From Takakia lepidozioides (taxonomy: Eukaryota; Plantae; Bryophyta): 64,000 nt of DNA. Each line of letters starts with the position of its first letter. The first letter of the stretch is position 1. The translations under genes were made by a program, and so were the position numbers. This document shows positions 36,097 to 50,428 of this stretch, piece after piece. The notes beneath the pieces were generated by a model. That model was not told where the DNA came from, did not search any database, and worked only from the letters and a program-made list of their open reading frames with translations. The DNA is taken from contig CM060733.1 in NCBI GenBank assembly GCA_030704615.1, forward strand, positions 32,054,001 to 32,118,000, in the 5' to 3' direction.

Positions 36097-38882
36097 ATGG
36101 CGGAGCCCCAGGGGGACACCGATGCCGTGCTGGTCGACTTCCTCTCGTCTCTTCTCGACTACACCCCCACCGTACCGCCTTTAACTTTCTATCTTTTACC
36201 CCCCTTCCTGTCCGGTTTAGGGTCTCTATGGATACAATTGTGATCCCCATTCTCGCCCCCGCTTGCTTTCTAGCTCAGTTATGCTGGGGGGATTCATTCC
36301 GTTTGTGGGATTGTCTAGTATTCCCCGGATGATGTTACACTCCGTCTTTCTGGCACTCTGCTGCTTTTATGTGCTTAAACCCTCGCGTGCGCTCCTCCAT
36401 CTGTTTGCTTCTTTCTTATTGGTATCTGGCTCATAGTTCAAAGTGATGCTTAGAGGAGAGAGGGAAGAATTGATGAGCATGAGGTCACAGTCCCAGGGGT
36501 ATCAATCTTTTCCGACCAGGTCGGAAACCGGACTTTAGGTGGTAACCATGCACAACCAATTTTAGTTTGGTCGCAGGCGACTGAGTGCTGCATTTCCGAG
36601 CTAGCATTGACAGTACACGGCAGAGCATGTGCTGGGTAACACATGTAGAGAGGGATGGAGAGAAATAAATGAAATGAAATGAAATGGTGCTTTATAACGT
36701 CCGCGGAGAGCTCATAGAGCTTATGGGACAAAATGGAAAGAAAAACATGAGAGAAAACAGGAAACCAGAGTCAGAGATAAGAACTATTGTTCGAGTGGTT
36801 GTCTTAGGGTGAATGAAGAAAAGAAATAAAGAAAGACAGAGAGGGGAAAGGGTGGGGTTATACTTTGGGCCTAGGTTTCTGAGTGTACTTCTGAGTGCGT
36901 TTTTCAAGGCTGAGGATTATCGAAAGCTGTCTTAACATGCTACTGGGGACGATGTTGGCAGATTCCTGATGAGCTGGCAGAGCACTATCTAAGCAGAAGT
37001 GGGTTTCAGTGCCCAGATATTCGAGTGTGAGTTTGCTTCTTACTGCCATTTAAGCCAGTCTGTCAAGTTTCCTAATTAAGCTGATAATCATGCACACATG
37101 TTTCACTACCTCATTAGGCTCCTCTTTCTTACCCTTCTTAAATACGGAAAGGATTGGCACTTCACTGATTTACTTAACAATGAGTTTGGTTCACTAGTCT
37201 CTCACATTTATAATTTTTGATCTCGTTAACACTGTGCTTGACAGGATTCAGTGCAATTCAATTTCCATTAGGCTTGTTGACAGAGAGAGCATTGTAACCT
37301 GCTGGTTACACTGCATGCTCTCTTTGTCAATGAGCATAATGGAAATGCACTGAATCCTGTCAAGCAGGGTGTAAACTAGAGAGCATCAACATTGCAAGGC
37401 ATTGTAAATTTCTGGTCTGATGGTGAATTATGGATTGTCCACCCTGTTTGATGAGCGTGTTTTTTCCCCTTTTGTTATCAACACAATGATGTTATGTATA
37501 ATCATGTATATGTTCTGTTGTTTTAACTGTGTATGAGTAATTGCCTGATGGATCTCTATGAATAGCAGCATTTCATTATTGCAATTTAATTACATTGTTG
37601 ATGATGGAAATTGCACGGGTGGGGTGCATCTGCAACCCTGTGATGTTATCTACTTGGCTACATCCGCCCTTCAAGAACTATGCTTGGTTGGTATATGGGG
37701 CAGGGCATACTCATTCAAGTTCATTGCAGACTTTTAGTCCTATTGAATGCTGGAAGCGTGGATTTTGGTGCAGGACAAGACTGGTGTCCATAGCTGCTCA
37801 AAAATTCATTGGGGAGATCGCAAGTGATGCTTTGCAGTATGTTTTCAGACCATGACCTGAATTCCAATTTCCCTCTCCCAGCTGATATTTAGCATGTGAA
37901 GTGGGTATTTGTTTCATGCCCTCAGAGAGATCTACTCAATGGCCATACTGTGAATGTAGTTACACAGGAGAGGGTTTTGGTGACTTTGTTATGGTGGTAA
38001 GTATTTGGTCATAGGGATTGAGTGTTGCTTAAAGGAGTGGTATCGACATCTGATGATGGTGATTCCATCTAAGCATCGCAGCCCTCCATCTTATTGATGT
38101 TTCCTATTTCATACTTAGTTTATTTTGGAGAAATCAAGGTGAGTCCTGCTTGTGTATCAACTGGGTGCTAGTGTCATTTCTTATAATGAAAGAATGAGCT
38201 AGGATTCAGATTTAGTTGTTGGATGAGCGCAGGTACTGCAAAATAAGACAATCGGCAGCCAGCAAGGATAAGAAAGGCCATCAACAAGCTAAGGTGAGGC
38301 TTTCCTGTGGAAGGGGATCCACTCATCTGACATGATTGTTGTAGTCTTGTTGTGGTCATTAACCCCATACACATTGTAACCTTTGAGGGTGGATTCTGTT
38401 AGGATACCAACATCTTTGGTGTACATGGGTGGGTATGCATCTTACATGTGCCTGTTTGGGATGCAGGAGAAGCGGCTTGTTCTAACAACTGAGGATCTGT
38501 CAGCTGCTTTGCGAGAGGTTGGCAACTTCTTGATTCCTCCTCCCTTTTTCCTGTCTCTGTTCTTGCATTCTCTGATATCAAGCCTTGCAGTCATTTCTAC
38601 AAAGTTTTATGGACTGAAGCCAACAACGAAGATCGGCCATGTTTAAGTTATCTGCTGGAAGCTATCTTTTGGCAGAATCACTCACAAGGTCTGATAGCAG
38701 GGGGAAATACGTAGTATTTTGTTTCCTGCCAGTCAGTGTTCCACTAGGCACATGTAATGTATTACTTAGGGGATTTGGGCTTATGGGTGCAGTATGGGGT
38801 AAACTTACACCGCCAGGAGTATTTTGCTGACTCACCTGCAGCGGGTACAGCTCCATCGCTCAAAGAGAAGATTGACGAGTAA
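36097..38882 (+). CDS. TAF10: TBP-associated factor 10 (134 aa; exons 36097-36171, 36962-37026, 37774-37836, 38233-38293, 38467-38517, 38793-38882)
   Basis: DFLSSLLDYTPTIPDELAEHYLSRSGFQCPD..QKFIGEIASDALQ..KRLVLTTEDLSAALREYGVN; GT-AG introns with consistent phases. Confidence 0.96.
36660..36720 (-). mobile_element. Tiny 3' tail of the (CATTT)n-tailed LINE family in TAF10 intron 1
   Basis: Reverse complement closely matches about 52605-52662. Confidence 0.7.
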
Positions 38883-39657
38883 TTCGTCCTACTTTGTAAC
38901 CTACCCTGCACTTTGTGAAGCATGGACATCTGCAACTTCGTTGTACAATATAGGTAGGAGGGTGGACGGTGTTTTGTAAATGCACATGGAAACGTTTTAG
39001 TGAATTTCCAATCTCGAGCTTGCAATTGGTTGAACTGACCTTGTAGTTGGAGTTAGCCTATTTGCAGAGGATGATTTTCTTTTGAATAGGAGGAGCTCTT
39101 GTTTGGTTGAAGTCCTTGGATTCTAAGTAGGTGCATTGTCAGGAGAGGAGAAAAGAAGACGACAACATGAGAGAGAAATTGTACTCATGAGATGTTGTTT
39201 GCCATAGCCCTGTGGCCATACACCTCCAGCCCCCTTTGGGTGGACCAACGACATGAGAGAGAGAGAGAGAGAGAGAGAAAGTTGTGGGAGAGAGTAATGA
39301 CATGATTTTACACCCAATGTGATCTGAAAGTAATTTCCACTGGATCAAAACCACTAACAGCAAGTCTACTACCAGGATGCCCTTTGGATGCTTCTATTGT
39401 CCAAGTAAGAGAAGTGTGGAGGTTTGTTAATCTTAAAGGTTGCATGAGGTATCTATGCTGCTTGTAGTTTGCATATGTGGATGTCTGGGCTGTCAACACT
39501 GCTGGAAAAGCCTGTGCCTACATAGGCATGAGCAACTTGGTTAAAGGGCAAACAAAGAAACAGGCAATCATGGTTGTGGGTAGCATCAATCCCAAATTCC
39601 TGATGGCGTTTGGGTCTCCACAAAGATACCCTCGTGCTAGAAGAACAAGGTTTCAAC

Positions 39658-39862
39658 CAGTGTTGGGTGGGTATTACTTTTTCTAATACCAGCCGGGTCC
39701 GGGTATTGAAAAGAAATTAATTTGCAATACCAGCCGGTTCCATAGTATTGAAAGATTCCCTTCATTTTACCCGCTGGTTCTCAATAGTAGTATGATTTTC
39801 GATTTGCAGACGGGTATCAATAGGATGGGTATTCCAATCTAATACCAGCCGGTTATCAACCC
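39658..39862 (+). mobile_element. Possible hAT-type terminus fragment
   Basis: Starts CAGTGTT, followed by ATACCAGCCGG repeated three times. Confidence 0.35.
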
Positions 39863-41062
39863 AAAATAATAAAAACTAAAAATAAAAATAACCACTAAAT
39901 CATTAATATGTATTGAGTTTAGAAGATTTCGGTTGAGTTCACAAAGAAATTAATTATTATGTTGCAAAATTCAGTCTTTGCATTACATAATAACATTGTT
40001 GCAGATTTTAGTATCCAAATTGAAGCAAGCTTAGTTAAAAGAAGACGGAGGATAGGGAGATGGGAGCTCCGCAGGTTGTGGTGAGAGGAGGAGCAGGACT
40101 TAGTTTTTCTAAGGTGCCTCTGCCTCTGCCTCCAGCCCGCCCCATCGGTACATCCCCTCTCCGAGTGCGGCAAGTCCTATCTTGCATGTACTCCCATCGC
40201 TGGAACCCCGGTTGGATTAACCGAGCTTTGATGGACTAATACCTGTCATTCTTCCCTCCGGCATGCATTAAGAGCCGTCACCCTCACCCCTTCTATTGAC
40301 GGCTATTAACTATCTCTCGCCGCCATGCAGGACTGCAGTCCAAATACTCACACTACGCTCCTCCCCAAGCTCTTATCCAGCTTGCCCCGGCATGAAGCTG
40401 TCAACTAGCCACCCCTTCATTGCTCACTTCTGCGCTTAAGAATCAGTCTTGCCCCTGTCGGCTCCTCCATCCTAGGGAACCTGATTTCTGCCAATCACCT
40501 CCCTTTCCCACTCCCCTCCAGTTGTCCTCTTTTGGCTCTCGCCCACTGGCATCATCCGCCAGCTCTGTTTCTTCTGCTACGAGTCCAAGCAGTTCCTCCC
40601 CTGCTAGCCTGCTCATAATCAGCCGCTCGCCCCTCCATTTGTTCGGCCGTCATACCACTGATGCTTGGCGCAACACCTTTATTATCATCCTCGGAAGATT
40701 ATTCCTCTCCTCTCGGGTCCCTCGCTACCTACTTAGACCTCACGTTTGCTACGCTACCTCCTGCTTTCCATTGAGGTGATTCATTGCCCTTCTCCTCCCG
40801 CCCTCCCCTCTCTCTTCTAATCATGTCCGCACCTCAGTGAGCACTCTTGCTTTCCTTTAAGCGTCCTTGCTCTCGCCCGCCCATGGCTTCCAGAGGTGCC
40901 CCCTCTCGTAAAAAAAGGTCTGGATCTGGCACCAGCTCAAGGGGAAGAGGCAGCTGGATCCCGCGCAGCTCCTCAACAACTCCTATATCGTCAATTCTCG
41001 GGAAGGGTCCTGAGATCGCTGGTCCCAAGCCGTTCCAAGAGCTGATTCCTTGGGCATAATCT

Positions 41063-42219
41063 ATGGCCCTAGATGATGATTCTGCAAATATTATTCCCCT
41101 GGACCTTGAATGTCTAAAAGCCCACTCCTCAAAGATGAGGCAACACGGAATTTTGGTGTACTTCCCTGGACGTCCAAGAGACAAGGAAGGTGCCCGGACA
41201 TGGATTGTGGAGCATTTGGGTTCAGAAGGAGGCCTCACTCATCATTATTGCCACTCTATGGGAAGAGGTTTCTACACTGTCAAATTGGGTACGAAGGAGA
41301 ATGCGGAGCGGGCTCTAGCTTTCAACACACGCAAATCAAGGTTCAAAGTCCATATTTTTCCATGGTCTCCTGCATAGGGGCACAAGGACAACACTACTTG
41401 CAAACCGCGGATTATTGCCCTGCCCTTCCTACCAGATAACTACCTGGACTCGATTCCGGAGATTGGAGCTCACTTCGGCTCCTTCATTGGAAGTATAAAT
41501 GTGTGTTTGATCCAATGGACGACGCTGTTCTAAGTGTGGATCAGGACCCCTCGCTATTTGTTGGCAATGACAGTGGAGTCCCAAAAATTGTTGTACTGAT
41601 GCCAGAGACAACGAAGATAGGAAATGCAATTAAATTGCCGACTTTGGACGGCTCTTTTATTTCTGTTCAGATCAAAGAAAAGGTTCTAAGCATAATCTGC
41701 TTCGAATGCAATGGAGAGGGCCATGTCAAAGCAGACTGCCCCCGGCGCGGCAAAGCAGTTGTGAAGGCGCAGCCTGAAGTCCCCACCCCTGGTCTGCTGC
41801 CTTTGGAAACTCACAGTGCCCCGGTCCTCCCTCTCTCCCCTTCGCGTTCAAGAGATGCAAGTACTGCAGTGGCCTCCCTTCCAACGCTCTCGCTGGATCG
41901 TCATGCTAAACGGAAGAGAATCGGTTCCCCCTCGATTTCATCTCCACCACCGCGACCACGTCTCATTTTGCTACCTCGGGAACAAGGGAGTCCCCCCCCC
42001 CCCATTGCCCTCCTGCAGTCTTTGACTTTTGCCCTTACTCGGACACCGAAGATGAGCGGATTATCAACTTGGCCACGAGATGCTTGGACCTGCGCTCTTT
42101 TGCAAACCTAAAGCTTTGTGAATGGTCCCCTGAAAATGCTGTGCGTCGCAGCTTGGCAGTAGTCAAAATTACTCCTATAATCTACGGCATGCTCGATGGC
42201 CCTGACCGCCCCCCTGGGA
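41063..42219 (+). pseudogene. L1 ORF1 N-terminal part (RRM-like region and CCHC)
   Basis: MGRGFYTVKL..IFPWSP; zinc knuckle. Confidence 0.8.
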
Positions 42220-43140
42220 TCTAATCCTGGTAGCCTCTAGCTTGGTAAGGAATCTAAGGGTGGCAGACTGAAAATGGTTCCCAGATGAAGACCATATCTG
42301 GGCCAGATCATTTACCACTGCCCTAGATTTAATCATAGATGGGTTCAGCTTGAAGTAACCTCTACCTTTGGACCTAGATCCAGGAACAGAAAAGAGAGCT
42401 CCAATCTCTGCATGGTCGAAGTCAGGAAGCACTGGGCCCATTGGAATAGGCCGGGCCCAAGACACTATACCAGTAGTGCAGTAAATACGATCTAGTTTGG
42501 CCATAACCAATTGCGGTGCTCTGCAATGTGTCCAAGAGAAACGCAGCTGATTATCTCGAGGGATGGAGATGTCAATAAGACCGACAGAGAGACAGAGAGT
42601 TTCCCACGCATAACTTTCGTTGGGGGTGAGGCTGAAGCTGCCAGGATTCAGCCTCCATAGTTTCTTTCAGTCATATTGAAGTCTCCAGCCATTAGCCAAT
42701 GGTCAATCTCTGGATGGTTTAAGATCTTGGAGTGTAAAAGGTGCCAAAAAGCAATCCTATCAGCGACAGCATTGGGAGCATAAACATTTATGAGGCCTAT
42801 TTTACACCCTGTACTAGGAATGGAGAGAAGACAAAATTGCGCTCTGCCAATCATCCAGATTTCCACTCCAGAGATATGGTTGGCCAGATTCGGGGACACC
42901 AGAATAGATGTGCCACCTCTAGAGTCAGCCACAGTTTTATTCCACCAAGAAAGATTGGCTGGCCACAACATATTTCCCAAAGAGGTTATCTTAGAATCAT
43001 TTAGCTTATGTTCCTGTAGGAAGATAATAGAATTTTCAGACATCACCGAGGCAGCCCAACGTTTAATCTTGGACCTTTTAGGGGCAGAGGCATCAGAACC
43101 TATGCCTCTAATATTCCAGGATCTGATGTTAAATAACATT
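42220..43140 (-). pseudogene. L1 ORF2 apurinic endonuclease domain (inverted)
   Basis: SWNIRG, FLQEHK, INVYAPN, AGDFNM, KLDRIY, DFDH, FKLNPS. Confidence 0.9.
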
Positions 43141-44181
43141 AACTTGGGGGAGAGGGCTCGAGAAAACTTCTCAAAATGATAGCCCTGATGTGGAGAAGAA
43201 GAAGACAGTCTTACTGTCGTTGTGGAGGAGGGAGGAGAACCAACCAAATCCGGTGGGGGGGGGGGGGGGGGGGGCCTGGTGTAGAGGAGAGGTAGATGAC
43301 ACCCACTGGTGTGTTACCTAAACCCTTTTTCTGTTGACCCTGAACCAAAGCAATAAACTGTGTCTTCTTTCTTGAAATAACCGAACAACCTTTAATGACA
43401 TCCTTGAGCCCTAGCCATTAAGCAAAGCTGTGAAGGTATTTTTCTGACAGCATTTTACTTCCAGGGGCATAGAAGAGATGGGGGAGAATCATTCCCAGCG
43501 GATGCCAGCTAGCAAGAACCTGACATATGCCTGAGAAAGGGGATGGGCAGCAGATGAAGAGGGGGAAGGCTGAGCAGTTGGAACTTACCAGGGGAGATCC
43601 TCCAAAGGTTGATGGAGACGCGGTTGAAGGAGAGTGTAGATGAGTTTTTTTCGATGAGCCAGCATAGGGCTGGAAGCCCGTAGTGGCGGCTTTACCAGGG
43701 CTAGGTGAAATCGCAGCTGAATGAGCCTGGGCCGCAGGAAGTCCTAGAATTGCGTCTGCAAGTGTGAAGTCAGTAGCGATGACCTTACTGCTCCGAGAGA
43801 AACCTCCTGTGGATGGGAACCCATTACTAGGTTGGGCTTCAATAGTGTCCTCTACCAAGGTCTTTTTTGTGGACCATGAGAAGGAGCCCGCTTTAGTGTT
43901 TAAACCGCCTCCAATATCCTCCCAACTGAAGGCAAGTCGAACATTGACCGTGGAAGCAGCATCAAATTCTGTGGAGTTGTCCCAGAATGCCCCGAAATGC
44001 ACCGTAGTGTCATTGGAGAGTAGGAACTGGAATGGTTCCTCCGTGAAGAGGGAACCCACCAGCTTGAGACAAAGCTCCACCGCCTTAGAGTCTGGGTAGT
44101 AAGTTTTGTGGTGAGAAGTAATCCAGGCACCTGCCAATCCCTCCGAACCGTTAGTGAGCATAATAGTTTGCTTTAGCGTGC

Positions 44182-46400
44182 TCCCAAAAAGAGAAGAGTT
44201 TGCTCAAATGCCTCCATCTTTGCCAACAGCTTTTGGAGAACAAAGATGAAGGTCCTTGTACTCTGATGAACTATAATAGAGTGAAATCCAATCTCTGGAA
44301 TTTTAGACAGGAGAAGGAAAACGCTATCCGTATAAAGGCAGGGGTGAACTGGTCTCTAAAAGGTGAAAAAATGACTAAATATTTCATGGCCAAACAAAGG
44401 CAAATGGCTTCATCCATTTCCTCCCTCACTAGCCCTGATGGGTCCACTACCTCCTCCAACCCTAAAGCGATGGCTGCCTATGCTGAGCAACACTTTGCCT
44501 CCCTCTTCGCAGCACTCAGAAGAGTCTAAGTTTGCCTCTTAGGAAATTCTGCGATGTGTCCCCTCGCTCCTTTCTGAAAAAGAGAAAGAGGAACTCTCTT
44601 CCCCGCTCTCCGACTCAGACCTGGTGGAGGCCCTGCATTCCCTCAAAGCTGGAAAGATGCCAGGGTTAGACGACATGCCAATTGAATTTTTTACGGCCCT
44701 CTGGCAGACCATAGTGAATGACTTTGTTGAGTTGGCTAAAGATATACATTCGAAGGGCATCATGCCTTCACAACTATCAATTGGTCTCATCACTTTGATT
44801 TTCCAAAAAGGGTGATAGAAGCATGTTATCTAATTATAGACCTATAACGCTTCTGAACACTGCTTACAAAATTATTGCCAAAGCTTTGGCCCTCAGGCTG
44901 CAGCCCATTCTCTCTCGGGTTATCAGACCAGAGCAATCCGGGTTTCTAAAAGGGAGAATGATTCTAGATAACATTCTACTAGTCAATGAAGTCATACACA
45001 AGGCCAAGTGCTCTGAACAGCCCATGGCCATACTCATGCTTGACTTTGAAAAGGCCTTTGATAACATTGATTGGAGTTTTCTAAATCAAGTGTTGGTTAG
45101 AATGGGAATGCCTGAAGCTTTCAACAGATGGATCCATATCCTACTTTCCTCAGCCTCTAGCAAAGTCACAGTAAACGGAGTGATTTCAAAGCCCTTTGCG
45201 CTTTTCAGGTCCGTAAGGCAAGGTTGCCCACTGTCTCCCTACCTCTTTCTCATGGCAACAGATGCCCTAGGCCACTACCTCAATTTCAGGCAGGATATTC
45301 TGGGCCTAGAAATGCAGGATGGATCCTCTATTAAGAACTCAATGTATGCTGATGACACCACATTGTTTTTGAACAATGAGGCACCAGCAAACATTGAAAG
45401 AGCTCGTCAAGCCCTGCAATTTTTCTGCTCCGCTTCTGGGCTCAAAATAAATTGGACCAAATCAGTTGGCCTCCTCACAGAGCTATCTACTTCATCCTAT
45501 AGACAGCACGGCCCTCCTTGGGGACAAGATGTGGGTCTCAAATGGCTCCAGCCAGGTTCAGCGCACACACTTTTGGGCTTTCAGATTGGGATAGGGCTCA
45601 CTGATGAGCAAAGATTTGAGCTTGTCTTACAGAAGCTTCGTAACAAACTTGGCCTTTTGGAGCTCAGCTATGCTGTCTATTGCAGGCAGGGCTCTAGTTC
45701 TAAATCAAATACTACTCGCATCAGTGTGGTATCCTGCCTCGGTTTGGTCTCCGGGTTCCAAGATAATCACAAAGCTGAAAGCAATGATGAGGAACTTTTT
45801 GTGGGGTGCCTCCCCCCAAAACCCCACCAAAAGAGCTCTGGTATCCTGGGCACAGTTTTGCCGTCCTAGAAAAGAAGGTGGTTTGGGCCAATTAGACCCA
45901 TCCATTCAGATCACGCCCTTGCTGGCAATATGGATACCTAGGTTGCTTACCAGTGAATGAAGCCCGTGGGGCAATATGGTCAGAGAAACACTAGTGCAGG
46001 GCCTATCCGCCGAACTATCAATGGGCTCCATCCCTCAAATGGATAGTGCATGGGATGGGGAAAGTGAAAGCTATAGGGTCTGCGACATGGAACTCTATAT
46101 GGGAGGGATGCTTGAAGTTGATGAAGCCTAAGTTAACTCAAAGACGAGCAAAATGCTTTGAAGAGGCCATCCGTCAGCCACTATTTGGTAACCTCAACCT
46201 TGACTACAGCCCATTGGCGACTCTCCACAAAAATTGGGCTACCTGGGAGGCGTCAGGCCTCTTGCATGTTGCCAATATATGGGAGGATGGGCAATTCCTG
46301 GTACTGAGCCTCTTGTCCTCCCTGGTCTCTGCTAGATCAATCGTGTGGTTGGGCCCATATCCAAAGAGGTGTCCAATATGTGCAACCGCTGCTGGATAGG
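44182..46400 (+). pseudogene. L1 ORF2 reverse transcriptase region
   Basis: KMPGLDD, YRPITLLN, LDFEKAFD, RQGCPLSP, YADD, KEGGLG. Confidence 0.92.
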
Positions 46401-48413
46401 TCCCAGCATGACCTGCTCATCCCTATGACCTGGCAACTCCTGGCTCTCCAGATGTGCCAAGGTGTTAATGTCCTAATGCAGTTCCAAGTCACTCTTCCAG
46501 CATCCTGCTTCAAATCAAGCCAAACCCTTTCCCCCCTCAGTTCATGGTCTGATCAGGTCACCTATTTCCCTGCCATGAAAGTTAGTGTTCTCGTAGTATA
46601 AGACAGCCAGGTGCAGCGACGGGAGGCGTCAACAGTTGCTTGCAGATTTTGACCTCACTTGGGCCAAAGACAGCATTCTCTGCACCAGGATTTATGACTC
46701 GAGAGTCCAATGGCATGACACGATCCCCGGGGCTTGGGAAATCGCCAGCTGAATCCGATGGTGCTGAAGTCAATTGGAAGCACCTCAACCTGCACAGTGC
46801 AAAATCCCAAGCCCACCTGAACTTCGGACTCTGATCCTCCCCCCTAGTCTGGAACAGTTATTGCTTAGTGACTCTGAACTCTACAACCTTCCTAGGCATA
46901 TCTCGAATTTTGGTTCTGCAATCCTGCTCTGTTTTGCAGATGTTCTCTTGATGGTTATCAGGCTGATCGCGGCTAGACTGGCTGTATATGGGCCCTCTCT
47001 TCTCCATGCTTGAATCCAAATCCTTTAGATTCTGGCTTTCTTGTTTTCAGCATTAGTTGCTATATTAAGGACTTTTGTAGGTCCCTCCCCCTTTTCCCCC
47101 TCGTCCCTCTGTGTTCAGGGTGTACCCCTTGCGTTTCACCTTTATGGTCCCCCTGGAGGTTATTTTTTCCTCCTGTCTGTCCACATTTTTGACTCCTTGT
47201 GAACATTTATCTCATTTAATTTAAAAGGGTCTCTGTCCCTTTCAAAAGAAAAAAAAAAAAAAAAGAAAAAGAAAAACTGATTGCAACCACATAAGCCACC
47301 CTACATGTGCTAAAAAATAAAGAATAGGGGCGGCCCCGCCCTTACATGTGGTAAGAAATGAAGCATGGCGGCCTTTGGGGCATGACATGCCCTCAGGGAT
47401 GCCTCGGCGTGAGCCTGGTCACGTGAGCGCAACTGCGCTCACGCCACGTCACCTTGCGCCAATGCCACGTCACGGGGCTCACTCCACGTCATCACACGTG
47501 AAGGCCGCGTCACCACGCGCCCAGAAAGAAGTGGAGTGTATTCCCGCGGATTGGCACCCTTTACCGCGGAAACAAGCTGGACGACATAATAAAAGGCATT
47601 GAATAAAGGATGGATGAATGTATAGTTGGATGATAAACAGATGGATGAGTGTGAAAAATGAATGTAGATGGATGAATGAGGGATGGATAAGAGTAAAATG
47701 GATGAATGTATAATAGATGTTGAGCAATGACAAAAATTCATGACAGGAAGATGCATGACCAAAATTTTTGACGAATACACAACGCATATGAAATGAGTGT
47801 GGAAGGTTTGTGGGGTGGATTAAAGAGCACATAGGATGAATGTACAATGGATGTTGAACAAATGAAAACATTCATGAATGGAGCACGCATGAATACACTG
47901 TAAATGAATGCACAATGGATATGAGAAGAGTCAGGGAGGTTTGTGAGATGGATTCATATATATTGCAATTTAAATGAAAGTTGATTCTGTGATTATTATT
48001 TGTTCTAAAGGAACAACTACGGTGGAGGAAGGGGATTCAACGTTTTCCAGATAGTATGAAAATGAATATTAAAAGAATATAGTTCAGTCTGACTCAAAGT
48101 CAGTACAATGTATCCCCGCTTCCTCTGCATCTAAGTCTAAGTATTTTAGAACACCGGATCCACGCTGGATACACCTACGGCTGGGCAGTAAAAAGTCAGG
48201 GGATAGGGACTCGGCCGCGTGAAGTGCCATTGCTTCGGCATAAACATGAAGCAGAAAATTGGAAAGGGGGCTGTCGAAAACAGACTCGCCAGAAATGACT
48301 GTATCTCCTAAAGATCCACCGCTGCCTTCCCTGAAAGACAGCCTGAAAAAGTTATTACTGTAACTTTGATGTTATTGACAAATTGAGTATGGCTCCCAAA
48401 GAGGGTTTAGCAC

Positions 48414-50288
48414 TTACTCACATGAAAAGTCGTTGTCGACCTGCTTATCTTCGGGATCGTCATCATTTCGAATTTGAATCCGATTAGTCTGTGTGCCTGA
48501 AGTGGAGCCATACAAAAGGGGGAGGAGCACTGTGTTGTAGAGGTCAGAATCACCCTCCATGCCAAAAAGGCTTCTTCCGCCTGCCTTGCATGCATGGAAA
48601 GTTGCTCCTGCACCACACATGAGGACATGAACAGTTTGGTGGGGGGGATTTAAGCAGATGAAACTGTTGAAAGAAAACCAATTCGGAAGGGAAAGAACGA
48701 ACCTGTGGACACAGAAAGATCGACCACCCGTGCAGAGTGGTGGCTGCATGACTCCAGCAGTATTTGCATGAACGCTGGGGACTTTTCCTTTGCACCTCTC
48801 CAGGGAGTGCCATCTGGTCTCTTCAGAGTCTGACTGGACTGCATGAAGTTGTACAAAATGTCATCGACATGGGGCTCATAGGGGGGGTTGACGAAACAAC
48901 CCTGGTAAGAAATCTCAAAGTTGCGGATGGAGGATGGTGTCTTGGAGGTGCGAATCCTGCGCAGGCAGATCGCCTCGAACATCCTCGTCTGCCAAAGATA
49001 GCAGGTTAGTGTGGTAAACACAATCTATAGTGGAAGTGTTTACATCGGCTATTCAGAACTCAGACACAAAAAAATCATTTTTATCACGAATCGGTGATGA
49101 TCGGTGTCGATCATAACAGATTCTACTAGAGTGGAGCTGCAGAGAACATTGAAACTCATCATGAAAGCACAAGCAGAAGGGAGACGACATACCAGCTGAC
49201 CAGGGAAACCCCCTTTCACAAGGTAGAGGCTGTTCACACAATTCCATGTGCGCAAAACTTCAAACCCTGAAGACTTGAGGTATGATGCCAATGCCCGACG
49301 ACTATCATTGTCACATGACTGAAAAAACAGAAGTGTCCCTGCATCAGAGAAGAAGTTATTACAGAACCCGAATACCCAACTCCAGTAGTTGTCCTCGAAT
49401 TTGTTCCAGCCTGGCGTCTTGCCCTTTGGAAGAACTTCTGGCACAGCCTGGCCATCCGGGATGTCGAGAATGACAATGTCGGCCGCATATGTTTTCTGCA
49501 CACCGCACACGAAGGTGGGACCTGTGCTCACCTGCAACAGACATGTTTTTTATAAGAACGATGGTAAGAATGTTTTCAAAGAACGAGACTGAAATACTGC
49601 CAACAAAACTTTTAGAGAAAAAGGAAAGAAACTGGAATTCTCACCAGATTGAGGAATGAGATTATATTGTCCCAGGTAGGCGAAGGCACCCCAGTGTATC
49701 CTCTCTTTCGACTCTGCATCATCGACAACCAACCCTCATTAACAATTTTCATCTCTCCTGCCGAATCAGAACGGGAAGGGTGTGGCTTGGCATCGAATAC
49801 GCACTGAACAGTGCGGGTATATCTTCCAGCAGTAAAGTCCTGCCCACTCTCCATCTCCCTTTCTTTCTCCTTCCCCTTGTCCTTTTTCTTCTCTTTGGAC
49901 TTGTCTTTGTCATTTGGCTTTGCTGGTGAGATGGCTATGACATCAACAGCCTTGTCTTTTGGTTTGCGGCCCGCCTTCTTTCCCTTCTGCAGCGTTCCCT
50001 GAGCATCAGGCTCCTTGGCAGCCAATGTTGCTATGTTTCGTTGGTATTCTTCGTCAGTCAAAGGCGCCAGCATCTCAGCGTTATTGTTCAAGTATTTCAT
50101 ATGTTGTTCTTGAAAGGTCGTGTGCTCCGGTGGGCAGTCAATGTACCATCCACAGTCTCTGAAGTGAGAAGTCCTTCAATATCCCTGCAGTATACATGGT
50201 TGGATCGTTTGTAGGGTCCGACCACATATCAAGATAGTCTGGAATTCCGCTCAGGTGATTTCCTTCCATAAGCACATATTTCGTGTAC
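48414..50288 (-). CDS. Beta-class amino-methyltransferase-like gene (N4C/N6A type); exons about 49645-50288, 49193-49531, 48703-48988, 48414-48607; 5' part frameshifted or missing
   Basis: ADIVILDIPDG (motif IV-like), EKSPAFMQILLESCS (motif X-like), spliced VVDLSVSTGATFHACKAGGRSLFGMEGD (motifs I-II); GT-AG introns keep the frame. Confidence 0.65.
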
Positions 50289-50428
50289 CTGAAAAATAGG
50301 AGATAAATCCCAACCCACCAAAGCGCTCAGTGAGTAAGATGCAAGTAGAACAGAATGAAAAAAACATAGAATGAAATGGCTCTGAGAACTGCTCCAAGGA
50401 CCTTCAGGACCACACGACTGCTCCGGAT

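Larger units (their letters stand above)
40045..47277 (+). mobile_element. Near full-length L1-type LINE with internal inversion 42220-44181; 5' end approximate
   Basis: ORF1 with CFECNGEGHVKADC; APE endonuclease on the minus strand; RT on the plus strand; poly(A) at 47243-47277. Confidence 0.88.
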
